From: Paramecium tetraurelia
Taxonomy: Eukaryota
Length of the DNA stretch: 64,000 bases
Direction: 5' to 3'
Assembly: GCA_000165425.1 (NCBI GenBank)
Contig: CT868207.1
Location: 62,001-126,000 of the forward strand
In this document: in pieces, positions 1 to 12,914 of the stretch
Layout of the letters: every line of letters starts with the position of its first letter
Position numbering within the stretch: the first letter of the stretch is position 1
Notes under the pieces: generated by a model
Databases searched by the model: none
The model's input: only the letters and a program-made list of their open reading frames with translations
Told to the model about the DNA's origin: nothing
Made by a program: the position numbers and the translations under genes

Positions 1-652
1 GGAAAATGCTTCACTAAATCCTGCAATTATGTAACAAAATACTTAAAAATACATTGACGAAAATTTTCTAACTTGAGGTATTTGATCTTAGGAAATTTTA
101 AGTATTATGTTAATCAGATCATTCTAGTTGTTCTAGGACACTTAGTTAATAACTGCTGGCACCAGTATTGCAACTGCATTCTTGGCCAAATAATAATCGC
201 TATCATTCAATCTTTTTATAATCCCCATTGATAATTCCTCTACCTTCTTTTAATCAGGCAACGTAGCAAAGCATTTCTTCAATTGATTAGCAGCCTCGAT
301 ATTATGCATTTCTTACTTTTTCCCTTACCGAAGCGTCTTCAACTCGACATAATGTTTCGAAAGTGGGGAGCAACACTTATACTTATCCACCAACAAGCTC
401 AATAAAATTCTTAGATAGTGATTCAACTAATTCAATCAAGACTTCATCGTCGTCGTCAAGCAATTCTAAATGATATTCGAGCATACCTTAGATGAAAGGG
501 ATTAATTCATTCTTTGTTCTCTCTGGACCTATTGTACTGGCAATCAAATCTAAGTGTTTGACTGAATGAATTCTTTTTCTGATATCATCACTTTTCAATT
601 CATCTATAATCAAATTAATTGGCATTCCTGTTGTATTTTCAATTTTAGGCAT
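1..652 (-). CDS. PPP2R1A: Protein phosphatase 2A scaffold subunit A (PR65, HEAT repeats); 3' end runs off the window
   Basis: Ciliate-code translation MPKIENTTGMPINLIIDELKSDDIRKRIHSVKHLDLIASTIGPERTKNELIPFIQ|ELLDDDDEVL matches the PP2A-A N-terminus. 21-nt intron at 466-486. Confidence 0.9.
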
Positions 653-1470
653 TATTAAGAATTATATATTTATTACTTGCACAAAATTTATAATTAGATA
701 TTGTCTTGTAAAATGTTAAATTATGTTTTTATTTATTAAAACCTCCATTCTAATTATTTAAGATATACTATTTTGAAAGAAATACTTAAATTAAATTATA
801 TTTCATCTTATAAATTAAATCTCATAATATTTAAAGTGCAAGAAAATTAGAATAGATTATTTAATTTTTGCTTGTTCATTCTACATCTTAATGATGTTTC
901 CAGAACTCTCTTAGGATTTGACTTTGAAGATACTTTGGATTGATCTAAATAATATTTATTTTAATAATAAATCTATTCAATTCCTCATTCTCCTTTGAAT
1001 TTTTATATTTATTTGAAACTTAGAGTAAGATTATAATTTTAATCAATTTACTTGAATAAATAAATTTCAGTATGGATCTTTTTATCTATTAATCAAATAT
1101 CCTCAAGATTAATTAAATTATGCAAAATAATCATGTCTTAGAAGTGTATGATTGACAAAATCTATTGTCAATATAACCTATATGGAAATTAATTGATTTA
1201 GTATCTATAAAATTTATGAGATTAAGATCAAAGGAAATGAAAAAGAATTTGTAGAATAAGTGAATTATTAATTATAAGGCTGAGATGACATAAAAATATT
1301 CTCATATTCAATGGTTGTACAAGATTATTCTCAATTTCATTTCAATTAGAAAATCTTGAAACTCCTGTACTCTATATTTTAATCTTATAACATTTTATTA
1401 AGTTAATTACTAAAAAGATTAACATTATATATTTAATTCATTTAATAAAGTATATTATTAAAAATAGAAA

Positions 1471-2250
1471 ATGGGGAATAATTGTTCCGATAAAGAATAA
1501 ATAAATGATAAAACTAAATTGGATTAACTAAATTGTCTAAATAAACTGAAAGGAATGGCAAAACCTAAATTAAATAGTTTAATAAATACAAGTCAATTAA
1601 CTCAAATGGATATACCTAATGCAATGCTTCAGTCCCCTACTAAACCCTTTATTCCAAAACATAACGAAATTAAATCTTTAGTAAGAGTGCCTTCTGAAGA
1701 TAGTCTATTTTTTTCTTAGTTTAATCCGTCGAAGGACACTCAAAATGAAATCGAAAATAACTCAATCTACTAACTGAAAAAATATCCATAACCTCATACA
1801 GTATTGAAATCTTCTCTTAAATGTAAAAGCAAATAGAATCAAGCTTAAAGTCCTAAATTCTAAAGCCCTAGTCCTTATGTAAAACAATAAATTGTATGCC
1901 ATTCTCATTCACCTATTTATAGTACTTCAAAGGCTGAAATCAAAACAAAAAAAAGCTCTAAAAATTCTAAAAAAGTAAATAAGTAATAAGAGTTGAAACC
2001 AAAGAGAAAATACTCAGATGCACCTGTATAAAAAGAAAAGAATAAATAAATTAGAAGAAAGATTAGTGATATAAGGGACGACCACAATTTTATCATAGGA
2101 GTTGAGTGTTTTAGCCCAACAAAATTCAGAAATTACACTCCTACTTCAATTTTAAAAAGGAAAGATTCAGACATAGAGACCAATTCTCCTTTGAAAAAAT
2201 AAGTAAGATTCAAACAAGAAGGAATAAATCTTAAGTTACAACATATATGA
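1471..2250 (+). CDS. Hypothetical Ser/Lys-rich protein, 259 aa, with a possible N-terminal acylation motif
   Basis: ATG 1471 to TGA 2248-2250 is in frame (780 nt) under the ciliate code. Starts MGNNCSDKEQ and ends LKKQVRFKQEGINLKLQHI. Confidence 0.7.
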
Positions 2251-3244
2251 TTTGACAACAATATATAATCATTTATGAATACAGGAGGTTCATTGATCAT
2301 ATTTCTATTGAATTACAATGTTACTAAATTTAATATTTTAAACCTTTTTCGATTTTATAAACTTAAGTAGAATACAAACCCAATTATCTAAACTAATTTT
2401 AAGAAATTATTTTGATTTCTTATGATTAACCTTTAAATTGATAATTTGCATAGCCAATGTGACCAAATTAGAGTATATTAATATAGTTCATAAATTATTA
2501 ACTCTATCTATTCTCCCCCATTTGGAGAACCGTTATTTAATAATTGGCAATTTAACTAGGTAGTCAGTTACCTTTTTAAATAAAACAACTCCTATCAAAA
2601 GCTTTAATTTTAAGCTTTGAATTACAATCCTTAATAACAATTTTAATTTTCTTCTATTTATTTCATTTCTGTTGCTTTATGATTGAAACTTTTTCGAATA
2701 GTTATAAGTAGGATACTTATTAATGGATAATTCAACATCATATGAATTGATTCTAATATCGTTAATAGAAAATTAAAAATAATTCATAATTCAGAAGGGA
2801 AGCCTATATGATTTCTGAAATATTGAAACTATGTTGGGTATAAAGCTGAAAATTGACACTTCAGTCTAATTCTCTGTTTCTAATTGATATTATACCAACA
2901 TAATATAAATTAATATCAAACCAAGGGATAAATTTATATATGTGAAGTTTCCTAATGATAAAATTAAATTCTAATTAAGATTAAAATCACACAAAAAGCA
3001 GAGAAAGATTGAGATTTGAGGTTCAGTATTTAATTTCAAATAATTAAGCAATCCGAATAAGTGAAAATGATTTCAAATATTTGGATGCTCCAAGAATATT
3101 TGAATGATGAATGTTAGACAATTTTAAAGGATGTTTATTTGAAGAAACCATAATATTAAACAATACCATTTTTAATTAGTAAGTTTTTAGATAGAGACCA
3201 TTACAACCATTGATATATTTATATTATACGATTATTCTAACAAA

Positions 3245-3948
3245 TCATTTTCTAAGGGCTTAGAAGATCTTCAATTTATCTAATTTACCATGTTATCTCA
3301 ATTTTTGAACGTGAGTACCATAGTATTATAATTCATCCTAAATTATTAATTTATGGTATTACATTAGCCTTATATTTGAGATAGTCAGATCTGAAATAGT
3401 TAGTGAATCCCCATTTGGCTGAGACAACAATCTTTTATCTTCCTGGGAACTTGTTCTTTCCTCTTCTCAAAGCTTCCATAGCATGATTGATTGAAGCATC
3501 CTTGCATCTCAAAGAGTAGAGAATGCTACCAATTTTGACTCTGGCGCACAAACCATTTGGCTTACCAAAGGCACCTCTCATACCAGTTTAGAGTCTATCT
3601 GCACCAGCACATGAAAGCATTTTGTTGATTCTGAGTACGTGCCATGGGTGGACTCTGCATCTAAGATGGAATGCGTCTTTTCCAACTTTCTTAATCATAT
3701 ATTTGTTGATGGCAACTCTGCATGCTTCTAAGGCTTCTGATGAGATTTATTCCTTTTCATCTGAAACAATGTGAATGGCAGCCTAATTCATATTAATTAT
3801 TCAATACTGGGAATTCGTCAACGTTGGCCTTCTTTCTTCCGACATCATAGATTCTAATTTTAGCATCTGGAACACCTCTGTTATATCTGGATTTGGGGAA
3901 TGGTTTACCATTACTCACTCTGTAGCATCTTGCTGGTCTTCTGCCCAT
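3245..3948 (-). CDS. RPL10: 60S ribosomal protein L10 (uL16)
   Basis: [10 protein letters not shown]...[62 protein letters not shown]. Two tiny introns near 3783-3807 and 3338-3362. Confidence 0.98.
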
Positions 3949-4163
3949 TTTTATTTAAAAAAATATAAAAGATTAAAAATTTTTTGAATTCATTCAATCA
4001 TTCGCTTTATTTTATATAATTTCTAATCCTTGTTATACCAAATATCATTACCACTTGAGGATCACACATTACCTCTTACTCATTGTTTCAAATGCACATG
4101 AACATATTTCAATAGGTGTCATGATGTATGCTTACAAAACTAATTCAATTATTAAATTTAAAT

Positions 4164-4485
4164 ATGAAGAATTTGGTTGTTCCTTTATATCGGATGTCAG
4201 CAGTAACTCCTAAGAGATATTTCATTCTCTAAATTAATCAACCTACCAATTTATAGACTTAAAGTCTCTTTGATTAAGGGCATTTAATATTTGCAGCAAA
4301 AAAAGATCAGGGAATGATGTACATATTTAACACAAAGGATGAAGTCATCCCTTATGATTTTGTCACTCAAGTATCTGCTTCATTTATCATAGGACAACTC
4401 AATTAAAGATTTCAAAATAGAGGAAATCGAATTGAGAACACAAGGAGAATCGAAATAATTATCCCATTTGTATAAATTTAGGTGA
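4164..4485 (+). CDS. Small hypothetical protein (99 aa), possibly YCII-like fold with a mitochondrial-type N-terminus
   Basis: MKNLVVPLYRMSAVTPKRYFILQ...DQGHLIFAAKKDQGMMYIFNTKDEVIPYDFVTQ|DNSIKDFKIEEIEL. A 22-nt GTA..TAG intron at 4371-4392 restores frame to TGA. Confidence 0.65.
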
Positions 4486-4546
4486 ATTCTTGATTCATAA
4501 ATATATATATTATGAGTTAGAAGGTTTATTATGGAAGATATAAAAT

Positions 4547-5832
4547 TCATTACTTGATGGCATAATTGATTAAATTGTCTAATTACAAATGAGTTAAGTT
4601 GAACTCCTTTAAATTTGGCTATTCGGAGGCTTCTATTAAATATTCTAACAGGTATTTGAGTTCTAGATCTTCCTAATTGTCATGCCACTCTAAGATTGGG
4701 ATTCCATTTTCAACCTATAAGCCGAAAGAATGAACAAGGTTGTCTATTATAAGAGTTCTATTTAAATCTATATCCTAAATGATTCTTAAGTCTTTTATGA
4801 AAAATCCATTTTTCGTTTCCATGCAATTAGACCTAGATAAGATGCCACTGATGTATTGTTTATGAGGATCAAGATAATTTACGATTGTTTGGGCATATGG
4901 TTGAGATGAAGCAGTATAAATGTAGATTGTATAATATTGAGCCAGCTCTTACAAAAAGTAGGTTGTGTATGGTCTTATATTGATTCCAACCTACAATGAC
5001 TACTATATATATACCCCTATTTCAGATCCATCTTCATTTTATTGTTACAACTTAACGGTATGTGTCTCTCTTGAATGACAAGCATGAACCAACGTTTCGT
5101 CAAGATCAAGGAATATTGTATTAATTTTATTGGGGTTGATTTTACTTAAAATTACTTTTTTCTTTTCAATGAACTGCTCTGAAGGCCCTTTTAAACATTT
5201 CCTAGAATAAATTAGCCCTCTTTAGGTTATTATTAAATGTTTTTCTAAGACCAACTCGTCTATTTTTGGACTGAATATCAAATGTCGAAAGGGGTGTTCC
5301 AATAACTTATCTTCTTTGGACTCTCCAACTTTTTTAAAAATTTCTCATGGACAGAGGTTTAGATTTCAATTATTTAAGCTTAGGGTTTATATTTGTTTTC
5401 TCTTCCATTTTTTTGAGTTGTTCTTCCATGGTTTTCGTTTGTTCATCATGCATTTATGATTAGATATTTGAAGCTTATTTAACTTCTTTTTCTATCACTT
5501 CTGGTTCTTCATCCTTATCCCCCTCATTCATCGTTATTACTCTCTGAGTGCTGAAGCGTGAAAGTTTAGGAACTAATATTCGATCAAATGTTGTTACTAG
5601 ATGGTTTTGAGATTGCCTCTCCTCTTTAACTGCCTTTATCACTATCCTCATTATCAAATGCAGAAGACATAGGACTCAATCCCTACAAAGGTTTTGGCTT
5701 GGGTTTTGGAGTGATGTCAAACGAAAGTGCTGTATCTCTGTCGTCTTCACTTTAAAAAGATTGTTTTGAACAAGGAGATGATCTGAATTGAAATGACTTA
5801 GCGCTATGTCTTACACTGAGAAACTAATCCAT
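4547..5832 (-). CDS. NLI-interacting factor / CTD small phosphatase-like (HAD family); one apparent frameshift near 5330-5335
   Basis: IFLDLDETLVHA, INIRPYT, IYIYTASSQPYA...NYLDP, KDLRII, IIDNL motifs. Introns near 5573-5597 and 4992-5014. Confidence 0.88.
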
Positions 5833-6099
5833 AATAATTTTGATTATTAATTGAATAATTTGAGAGCATTAAACTCTGTTTAAATATGATGAACAGATAT
5901 ACATTAAATTTAGTTAAACTGATTTCATTAATTAATATCAAGCAAATAAACTCAATTTTCGATAAAATATCATCTGATCTATTATTATTTTGAATAAATT
6001 AACAATTATTTTATATTTATTAATATAATCTACCATGAAATTAATTATTATAAAGAAATATTCTGAGTAGACTAAATTTTATTGCAAACATCAAATTAC

Positions 6100-9000
6100 T
6101 CAAATCTAAGTGGCTTCAAACTCGCACTAATAATATGATGCCGTATGGGGATCAAACAATTGTGCCTCTTCTGGCTTCGTATTAGAAATAAATTCATTAA
6201 ATTCCGCCTAAGTCTCCAAATTCATCATCTATGTCACCATGCCTTATCTAATAATAATAATAATAATCAATACCCATATAATTGCAGACTTAATTTTGAT
6301 TTGTTGTCAATGAATGAATTCCTATAAAACTCAATTAATTCTTGCTTTGATATTTTTCTAATTTCTTCAATTGCCACTTATCTATCTTCAAATTCAATAG
6401 TTCCAGCACTAATATACTGCCATAGACGATCACCCTCCTCACTTAAACTTTATGGGTTTTCCTTTAAATCAGTAACTACTCCATGTTTAAGATGTTGGAA
6501 TTCTCTATTATTCATTTACTCCAAATAGGCTGAAAATTAATCCAAGAAATCATCAATAATTTGATTCACTTTCATTGGAATTTCTGTGCTTCCTTACACT
6601 AAAATCAGAGCTCCATCTACACATGCTGTTGTTTTAAACTCAACTGCTACTACATAGCCCAATTATAAATCAGTTCTCAAATAATTATAAGCTTATTAAT
6701 TTAGGATTGGTTCTAATAATTTAATGAATGCCTAATTCATTTACTTTCTTTATCCAATTTAATAATAATTTAAAGTGACACCATTAATATCATCATCATT
6801 CCCTGATTCGATAAATCTAGAATCAATAAGGTTCTTCCCTTTTAAATCTATGATTGCTACCTTATCTTAAATATTGTCTTATGTAGATGATGATTCTTTA
6901 TTTTTAGTACATGATTGAACTTCATCAGATAATTCAGTTGCCTCAGATTAATCGATATTTCCAATAAACAGACTAGAATATTACACATTATTCATAATGT
7001 CTCTAACATCTTTAAGCATTTCTTATTATGTAATTTAATCAATCTATTCCATAACTTTGGCAGGATCATGAGAATCCTTTTATAATAATTGAGGTAAATA
7101 AATTTAGATGGCTTATTCAAATAAAGTATCTTGATACATATTCTTAATTGACAACAGTAATGATTATTTGGCTATTTCAAATCTTTTTGACTCAGTGAGT
7201 TCAAGGAAACTTTTGGATTTATCCCTAAATGGATTCATGCATGAACATAGTTTCTTAAATAGATTTCTCACATGTTCACTAAATCCATAAACCTTTATTT
7301 GAGTCTTCTTATTCATATCCAATTCATAGGAATATCCAGAAGATAAAGGTAATTTTAATTCCTTTGATATAACCTCGTCTGCCATAAAATTATACAATCT
7401 TAAAGATGTAAATTATCGTAAATTCAAAGTTTTTTGGTATTTCATTTATAAAGCTCCAAAAATAAATGGTACTTTTATAAGAAGTTTAACTCTTCCACCA
7501 TTCTTGTTATTCTTTGTTAAGTAAAATTGGATAATGATTTTACTTTTAGTATTTATGCTCTTCTAATGAACATTGTTCATCACTATATTGATTAAGATCT
7601 TATCCAGCCATCAGAAACAAATTTAACTTACTTTGTTAATCCAAAGTCTTTAGCTTATCTGAATGGACGATTTTAGGTAATTTGGATTCAGATGATTCAC
7701 ACAATGAAATTAATTCCACATTATCTGGGGATAAATTCATTTTATTATGGGTTTATCAAACATTCCTTATAGTTTTTCATCCTATTTGGATATGAAATTA
7801 ATAAAATGCTCATCAAATTTTTGTTTTGAGTATATGAGTCTATATAAATTGCTCTTTTCATTTAATATTTTATCCTAAAGAAACTATTTATTACTCTTTT
7901 TTTCATCAACTTTTTCATTTGAATAAGAATATTGATGGTTACCTATTAAAATTATTAAGTTTTATGTATTCTTCAATTATTGAATGTAATCTAATATTAA
8001 ATCCTTGTCCAAAGTATCAATAATGAATTCCGAGGAAAGTACCTCATTTGGTTTCTATCGGTTCAATATTCTGGCCATAGTTGAAGTATCCAATTGTTCA
8101 GTTAAATAGTTGAAATTCAATTTAGAAATCTTTCTTTGTTCTTTAAATACTTGGTTGATGTATTCATCATCTGATAACCAATTTTCTAATTTTTGAATGT
8201 AATTGAATATAATTTTAGTTATTTCAGCAACAACTTCCTCATTCTCTTGAGATTTTTCAGTTAAAACTATCTCCATCATGTAATTAGTATATGAAGACTC
8301 CTCCATGAAGACCTCAGAAGAAAGAGAAATAATCAAGTTTTACTCCTTCATAAAATCTACGAGATTTCCATTTTATATGATATAATCTAAAAATTCAATT
8401 GGTTTTTAATGAGTGAACTATTCTCTTCCTTTAAGTTACCAATTTAAAGTCAATTGATCTTTTTCAGTTTTGTATTTGCATAGAAATCCAAATTGATAGG
8501 GAAATGCATTAAATTGAGAAGGTTATAAATTTTAATTCTTGATCCGATTAAAAGGCTTAATTAATCGTTCCATGTCTTACAAACTAACTTTGCTCTAAAT
8601 AACCAAACTCATAAGGTTTGAGGAATAATATTATTCAAAAAAGGATTTTAATGCATTTTCAATACCCTTCTTTTTCAACACTTCATCATTGCCTAGACTG
8701 AATCTGCTTGCAGGATGTTTAGGATCAGCAAATAATGTAAATAAATTTTAGATTTTCCAATCTTCTGAGGATACATCCATCTCGTACTCAGAATTAACAG
8801 CGTTCTTCTCTCTCTCTACTAAATCTTCATTAAAAAGAAGGATCAATAAAAAAATGAGCAAATGTATCTAAGGCTTTATCTAAGTATTATGAAGTAATTT
8901 CAAAATAATAATTAGTATTGGTTAAGCATCAGTATAAGCATTGGAACGGCCGGCTCCTTTTGCCAATAATTCATCGAAATAATCAGGTCTGGGATATTTA

Positions 9001-9356
9001 TCAGAGCCAACAAATAACATATGTTCACAAAAGTGGGCTAAGCCAGGATATTCACTTGGTTCATTCCAAGATCCAGCTTACACATCCAGTGCAGCTGTGG
9101 CAATTTCTGAGTTCGGATCATGTATAAGCAATACTTTTAACTTGTTTTCCAATTCAATGTATTTGTATGATTTTGGATCTATTAAAGGCTTTATGATAGT
9201 CCCTTGTTGCTTCTCATTATCCAATTGAAGGAAACTTAAATTGTTTATTGCTTCTTCAAATTAAATAGTATTTTGTTAAATAGCAAAAACAGGGAGACTG
9301 GATAATAGAATCAATAGGACTAGCGATAGCTTAATCTAATAAAAGAGCTAAGGCAT
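6100..9356 (-). CDS. Insulysin/pitrilysin-like M16A metallopeptidase with a signal peptide; five apparent frameshifts (pseudogene or assembly error)
   Basis: PGLAHFCEHMLFVGSDKYP (HxxEH), SNAYT, EKNAVNSEY, HPASRFSLGN, NEFIP and YNYLRTDLQLGYVV motifs. Hydrophobic N-terminus. Confidence 0.9.
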
Positions 9357-9408
9357 TGTTATTAAAAACGATTATTATTATAACAAGTATAAATTAAATT
9401 GATAAATA

Positions 9409-10290
9409 ATGAATGAAAGAAAGAAATGGTGTGAAGTCTGCAAGATGTTAATTCCTTACACAAGGTCTGCTATTCAAGATCATGAGAATACTGCTAAACA
9501 TAAAAAGAACAAGGAATATCATTTAAGAGAATAGAACAAGAAGGCAAGAATTGAACATAAATCATAAAATAAAGCTTATGATTCAATACCTTAGACATCT
9601 AAAGGATTTAAAAATTAGAATTAAAAAAAGGAGGAACATAATTATCATCAGGCTGTTGAAAATGAGTATACAGGAGAGAATTAATAATAATAAACAAAAG
9701 TAGCAGATTAATTGGGATTTTTTGCAGAAGGCAAGGTGTGGATTTTAGAAAAAGAAGATGATACAGGAAGATTGAGATTTAGAAATACAATAACAGGCAC
9801 TATCAATTATGAAAAACCTATGGGATTGATGTTAGAAGATTATGAAGAAGAAGCATGGGAAGAATACCAATAGAATCCAGTTGAAAATGTAGATAAAGAA
9901 TTAGTTGTGAAGGTTGGTTAGTGGGAAGTCGTTAAAACTGAAGATGCTTTTTTAAATAAATTTAAGGTAGAAACTTCTGAGTCAGAAGAAGGGTAAGCAG
10001 AACTTAATCATGAAGAGTAATTAGCCGAGAAGATTGAATAGGATATTAAGGGAGGCACAATAAAAAATTAGCAAGAACTTGTTAAGGAAGTCTTAATATT
10101 TGGTTAAATTGGGAAGGACAAAAACAGAATATTGTAATAAAAATTAATAGAATTGGCAGACAAGGATGTTGAATTAAAAGATATTCTACCATAGATGTAA
10201 TAAAAGAATAATAAAAATGAAGAAATTAACACCGCAGGGTTGTTCAATAAAAAATCATTCAAAAAAACAAAAGTTGATTACTTCTAGTGA
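9409..10290 (+). CDS. U1/matrin-type zinc finger plus WW-like domain protein (WBP4/FBP21-like splicing factor)
   Basis: Intron-free 882-nt ORF. KKWCEVCKMLIPYTRSAIQDHENTAKHKKN (C2H2 matrin type) and degenerate WW VWILEKEDDTGRLRFRNTITGTINYEKP. Confidence 0.75.
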
Positions 10291-10416
10291 AAATTGATTT
10301 TTACAATATTTCTATTCTAAAATGAGACTTAAATTTAGAGGCTATTTTTATAATAATTAATTCGATTATATTTATTTAGAAAATCGTTAATAAGGTAATT
10401 TAATTATTTTCAAATA

Positions 10417-12448
10417 ATGTTCTAAACCCGCCCTCATTTACCTTCTTATGCCACATCCTAATCTACTTATAGGACGTAATGTAATTATATTCAAATATAA
10501 ATCAGTTCATAATAAAGCAGGAAGTGAAACAAGGAAAGCAATTGATCACTATTCCTATGCCATTAATGAGGAAATAGGAAGGGGATTCAGCAGTAGAGTC
10601 TATAAGGGGAGAGATGAGAACACGGCAGAAAATGTGGCTGTTAAAGTAACATAATTACTTAAAGTTCAGGTGATTGATATGAAGATGGTCAAGCAATCAA
10701 TTCATTCCCAGCTCTTAAAAAATGAGATCAGTGCACTCAAAGCCTTCAATCACAAAAATATTATGAAGCTCCATGATGTATTTCAAACCCAAAATAACAC
10801 CTATATCATCACAGAATTTTGTGACTCGGTAATGTCTCATATATAATTCAGGGTGATCTCAACAATTACATCAAGAAGAAGGGAAGAATAGAAGAATCTG
10901 AAGCTATAAGAATATTATAAGCAGTAGTTAGTGCATTAAATGAAATGAACAAGAAAGGTTACATCCATAGAGACATTAAACCAGCTAACATTTTACTCAA
11001 TGACAACCAACCAAAATTGGCTGATTTTGGCTTTGCAGTCCCCGCTTATGAAGCTAGAATCTAAGGCAGAAACTTTAACGTTGGAACTCCTTTATATATG
11101 TCTCCTTAAGCTCTAAGATAGTAAGGACACACTGAAAAAGGAGATGTTTGGGCTATCGGTATTGTATTTTTTGAAATGCTTTATGGTAATGTTTTATTGA
11201 TATTGAGATAGGTAGAACACCTTATAATGCATCATCTGAAGCCGCTCTCATTTCTAACATCTAACATTAATAATTAGTTCTACCTTCATCACCCATTGTC
11301 TCTGATGAATCAAAGGATTTCATTCGTAAATGTTTACAGATAGATGAATTTAAGAGATGGCGAGTTAAGGATTTGACAGAACACACGATTATGCAATCAA
11401 GAAATTTAAGTCCCATAGAAAAAAGGAAACCATTAAAATAAATTCAAAATATCACTCTGCCAACTGAAAACTCACAAGTAAAGAAGATTAAAAGAAGTCA
11501 AAGTTAGAACATTAGGGAGAATACTGTAAGGGATTTTAAACCTCAGTAGATAGAGGATAAGCGAAAAGTGCATGAAGAAAATCAAAAAAAACTTGAAGAA
11601 TAAATACTGCGATCAGCTAGTTAAAACTAATTATTGTTACCTTAAAAAATAGTTAATACCAATGCTTTTGAAGAATAAGTTCAACCCACTCCTCCCTTAT
11701 AAAAATAGAAATCAATTACTCTTGATTTCAAATAAAACAACGAGATTTTATTCTGCTAAATTAATTTCTGTCGTTTTCTTTATAAATTTTCATAGCATTT
11801 GGCAAGTACAAAAGTATTTCCAACAGATATTAGAGATAGATTACTATTCCTAATGGGCAAAAATATAGCCATTAAGATAAATAAGTTATCCACAATCTTA
11901 GATAAAGAAAATAAATCAGAAAACATTTTTAATTTAACTGATTTTGAGAATTATAGAAAAAGTGAATCTTATAAAAGATTCTGTTAAGCAATTTCAGAAT
12001 ATCAGGACAAATATTTGAGACATTTTGAAAAAGTCTTAAAACTCGCCAATAAAAATAGTAAACAATTCATTTATATTTCATTAGATTTCCAAAAAGATTC
12101 GATTATTGGAGTGTTGTGTAATAATAACTTAGTTGAATTAGATTCATTCTACAAAACAACTTAATAGTATTTAAGACTGAGTATAACAGAAATTAAATAG
12201 AATTTCTAATTTATTAAATTTGATAAGCAAGAGCAATCTTTGCCAGAAGATGTAATAATGAAATTTAATCTTAGTTATAAATGCATGCATTCATCTTGCA
12301 AGGATTAGTCGGATATTAGGATTTGATTCAAAAAGTTTTAGATTATCCTTCAGATTATAAATAGTTTTAAAAGGCTTCTCAACCTGAACTTTTTATAGAA
12401 AGAAAACCAGGATCTATTAGTTACAATTAATTAGAACAATTAATGTGA
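10417..12448 (+). CDS. Ser/Thr protein kinase (ULK/CAMK-like ciliate family) with C-terminal extension
   Basis: [51 protein letters not shown]. Several 22-26 nt introns. Confidence 0.92.
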
Positions 12449-12482
12449 TATCACTAAGTAGATATGAAAACATATATATCAA

Positions 12483-12914
12483 TCAAATTTTTAATGGAAG
12501 CATCACTATCAAAAGATTTGCACCTTTTATTGTGATTCTTAAATTGCTCTCTTCTACCAACTTAATGGCCTGCTCTTTTGGCAAATAAAAGAACCAATTT
12601 GGTCTTTTGAAAGAGCAATCTCTAATATAGTATTGTTTAAAAGCGATAAGAATATCCTCTTCTCTTATCCTTTCAGGAACTTATTATAAGCCCACTTCTA
12701 TAGGTTTTTCGTATCTTGATATTCTTTCAATCATTCTCTTCTGAAAATTTGTTAATTATTTTCCCGCTAATTGACTTTATTCATTTTAAATCTAAGTATA
12801 ATTTAAAAATTAAACTTAATTTTATAATTCTTCCAAATACTCATCTTCCTCTTCAGCTAATTCTGCCCATGTTTTTTCTCTTCTTGGAATACTTTGTGTA
12901 ACTGCGTCAGTCAT
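12483..12914 (-). CDS. Small hypothetical protein (~135 aa) with an acidic W-A-E motif and a possible degenerate RRM
   Basis: MTDAVTQSIPRREKTWAELAEEEDEYLEEL...PIEVGLQQVPERIREEDILIAFKQYYI...NWFFYLPKEQAIKLVE. One candidate 24-nt intron; ends in TGA. Confidence 0.6.

Noticed and set aside
1151..1172. Inverted repeat ATTGACAA-N6-TTGTCAAT
   Set aside because: An 8-bp stem is expected by chance in very AT-rich DNA, and there is no other support.
11086..11112. Kinase APE motif reads SPQ, suggesting a pseudokinase
   Set aside because: The VAVK, HRD and DFG motifs are intact, so this single substitution is not enough to call it inactive.
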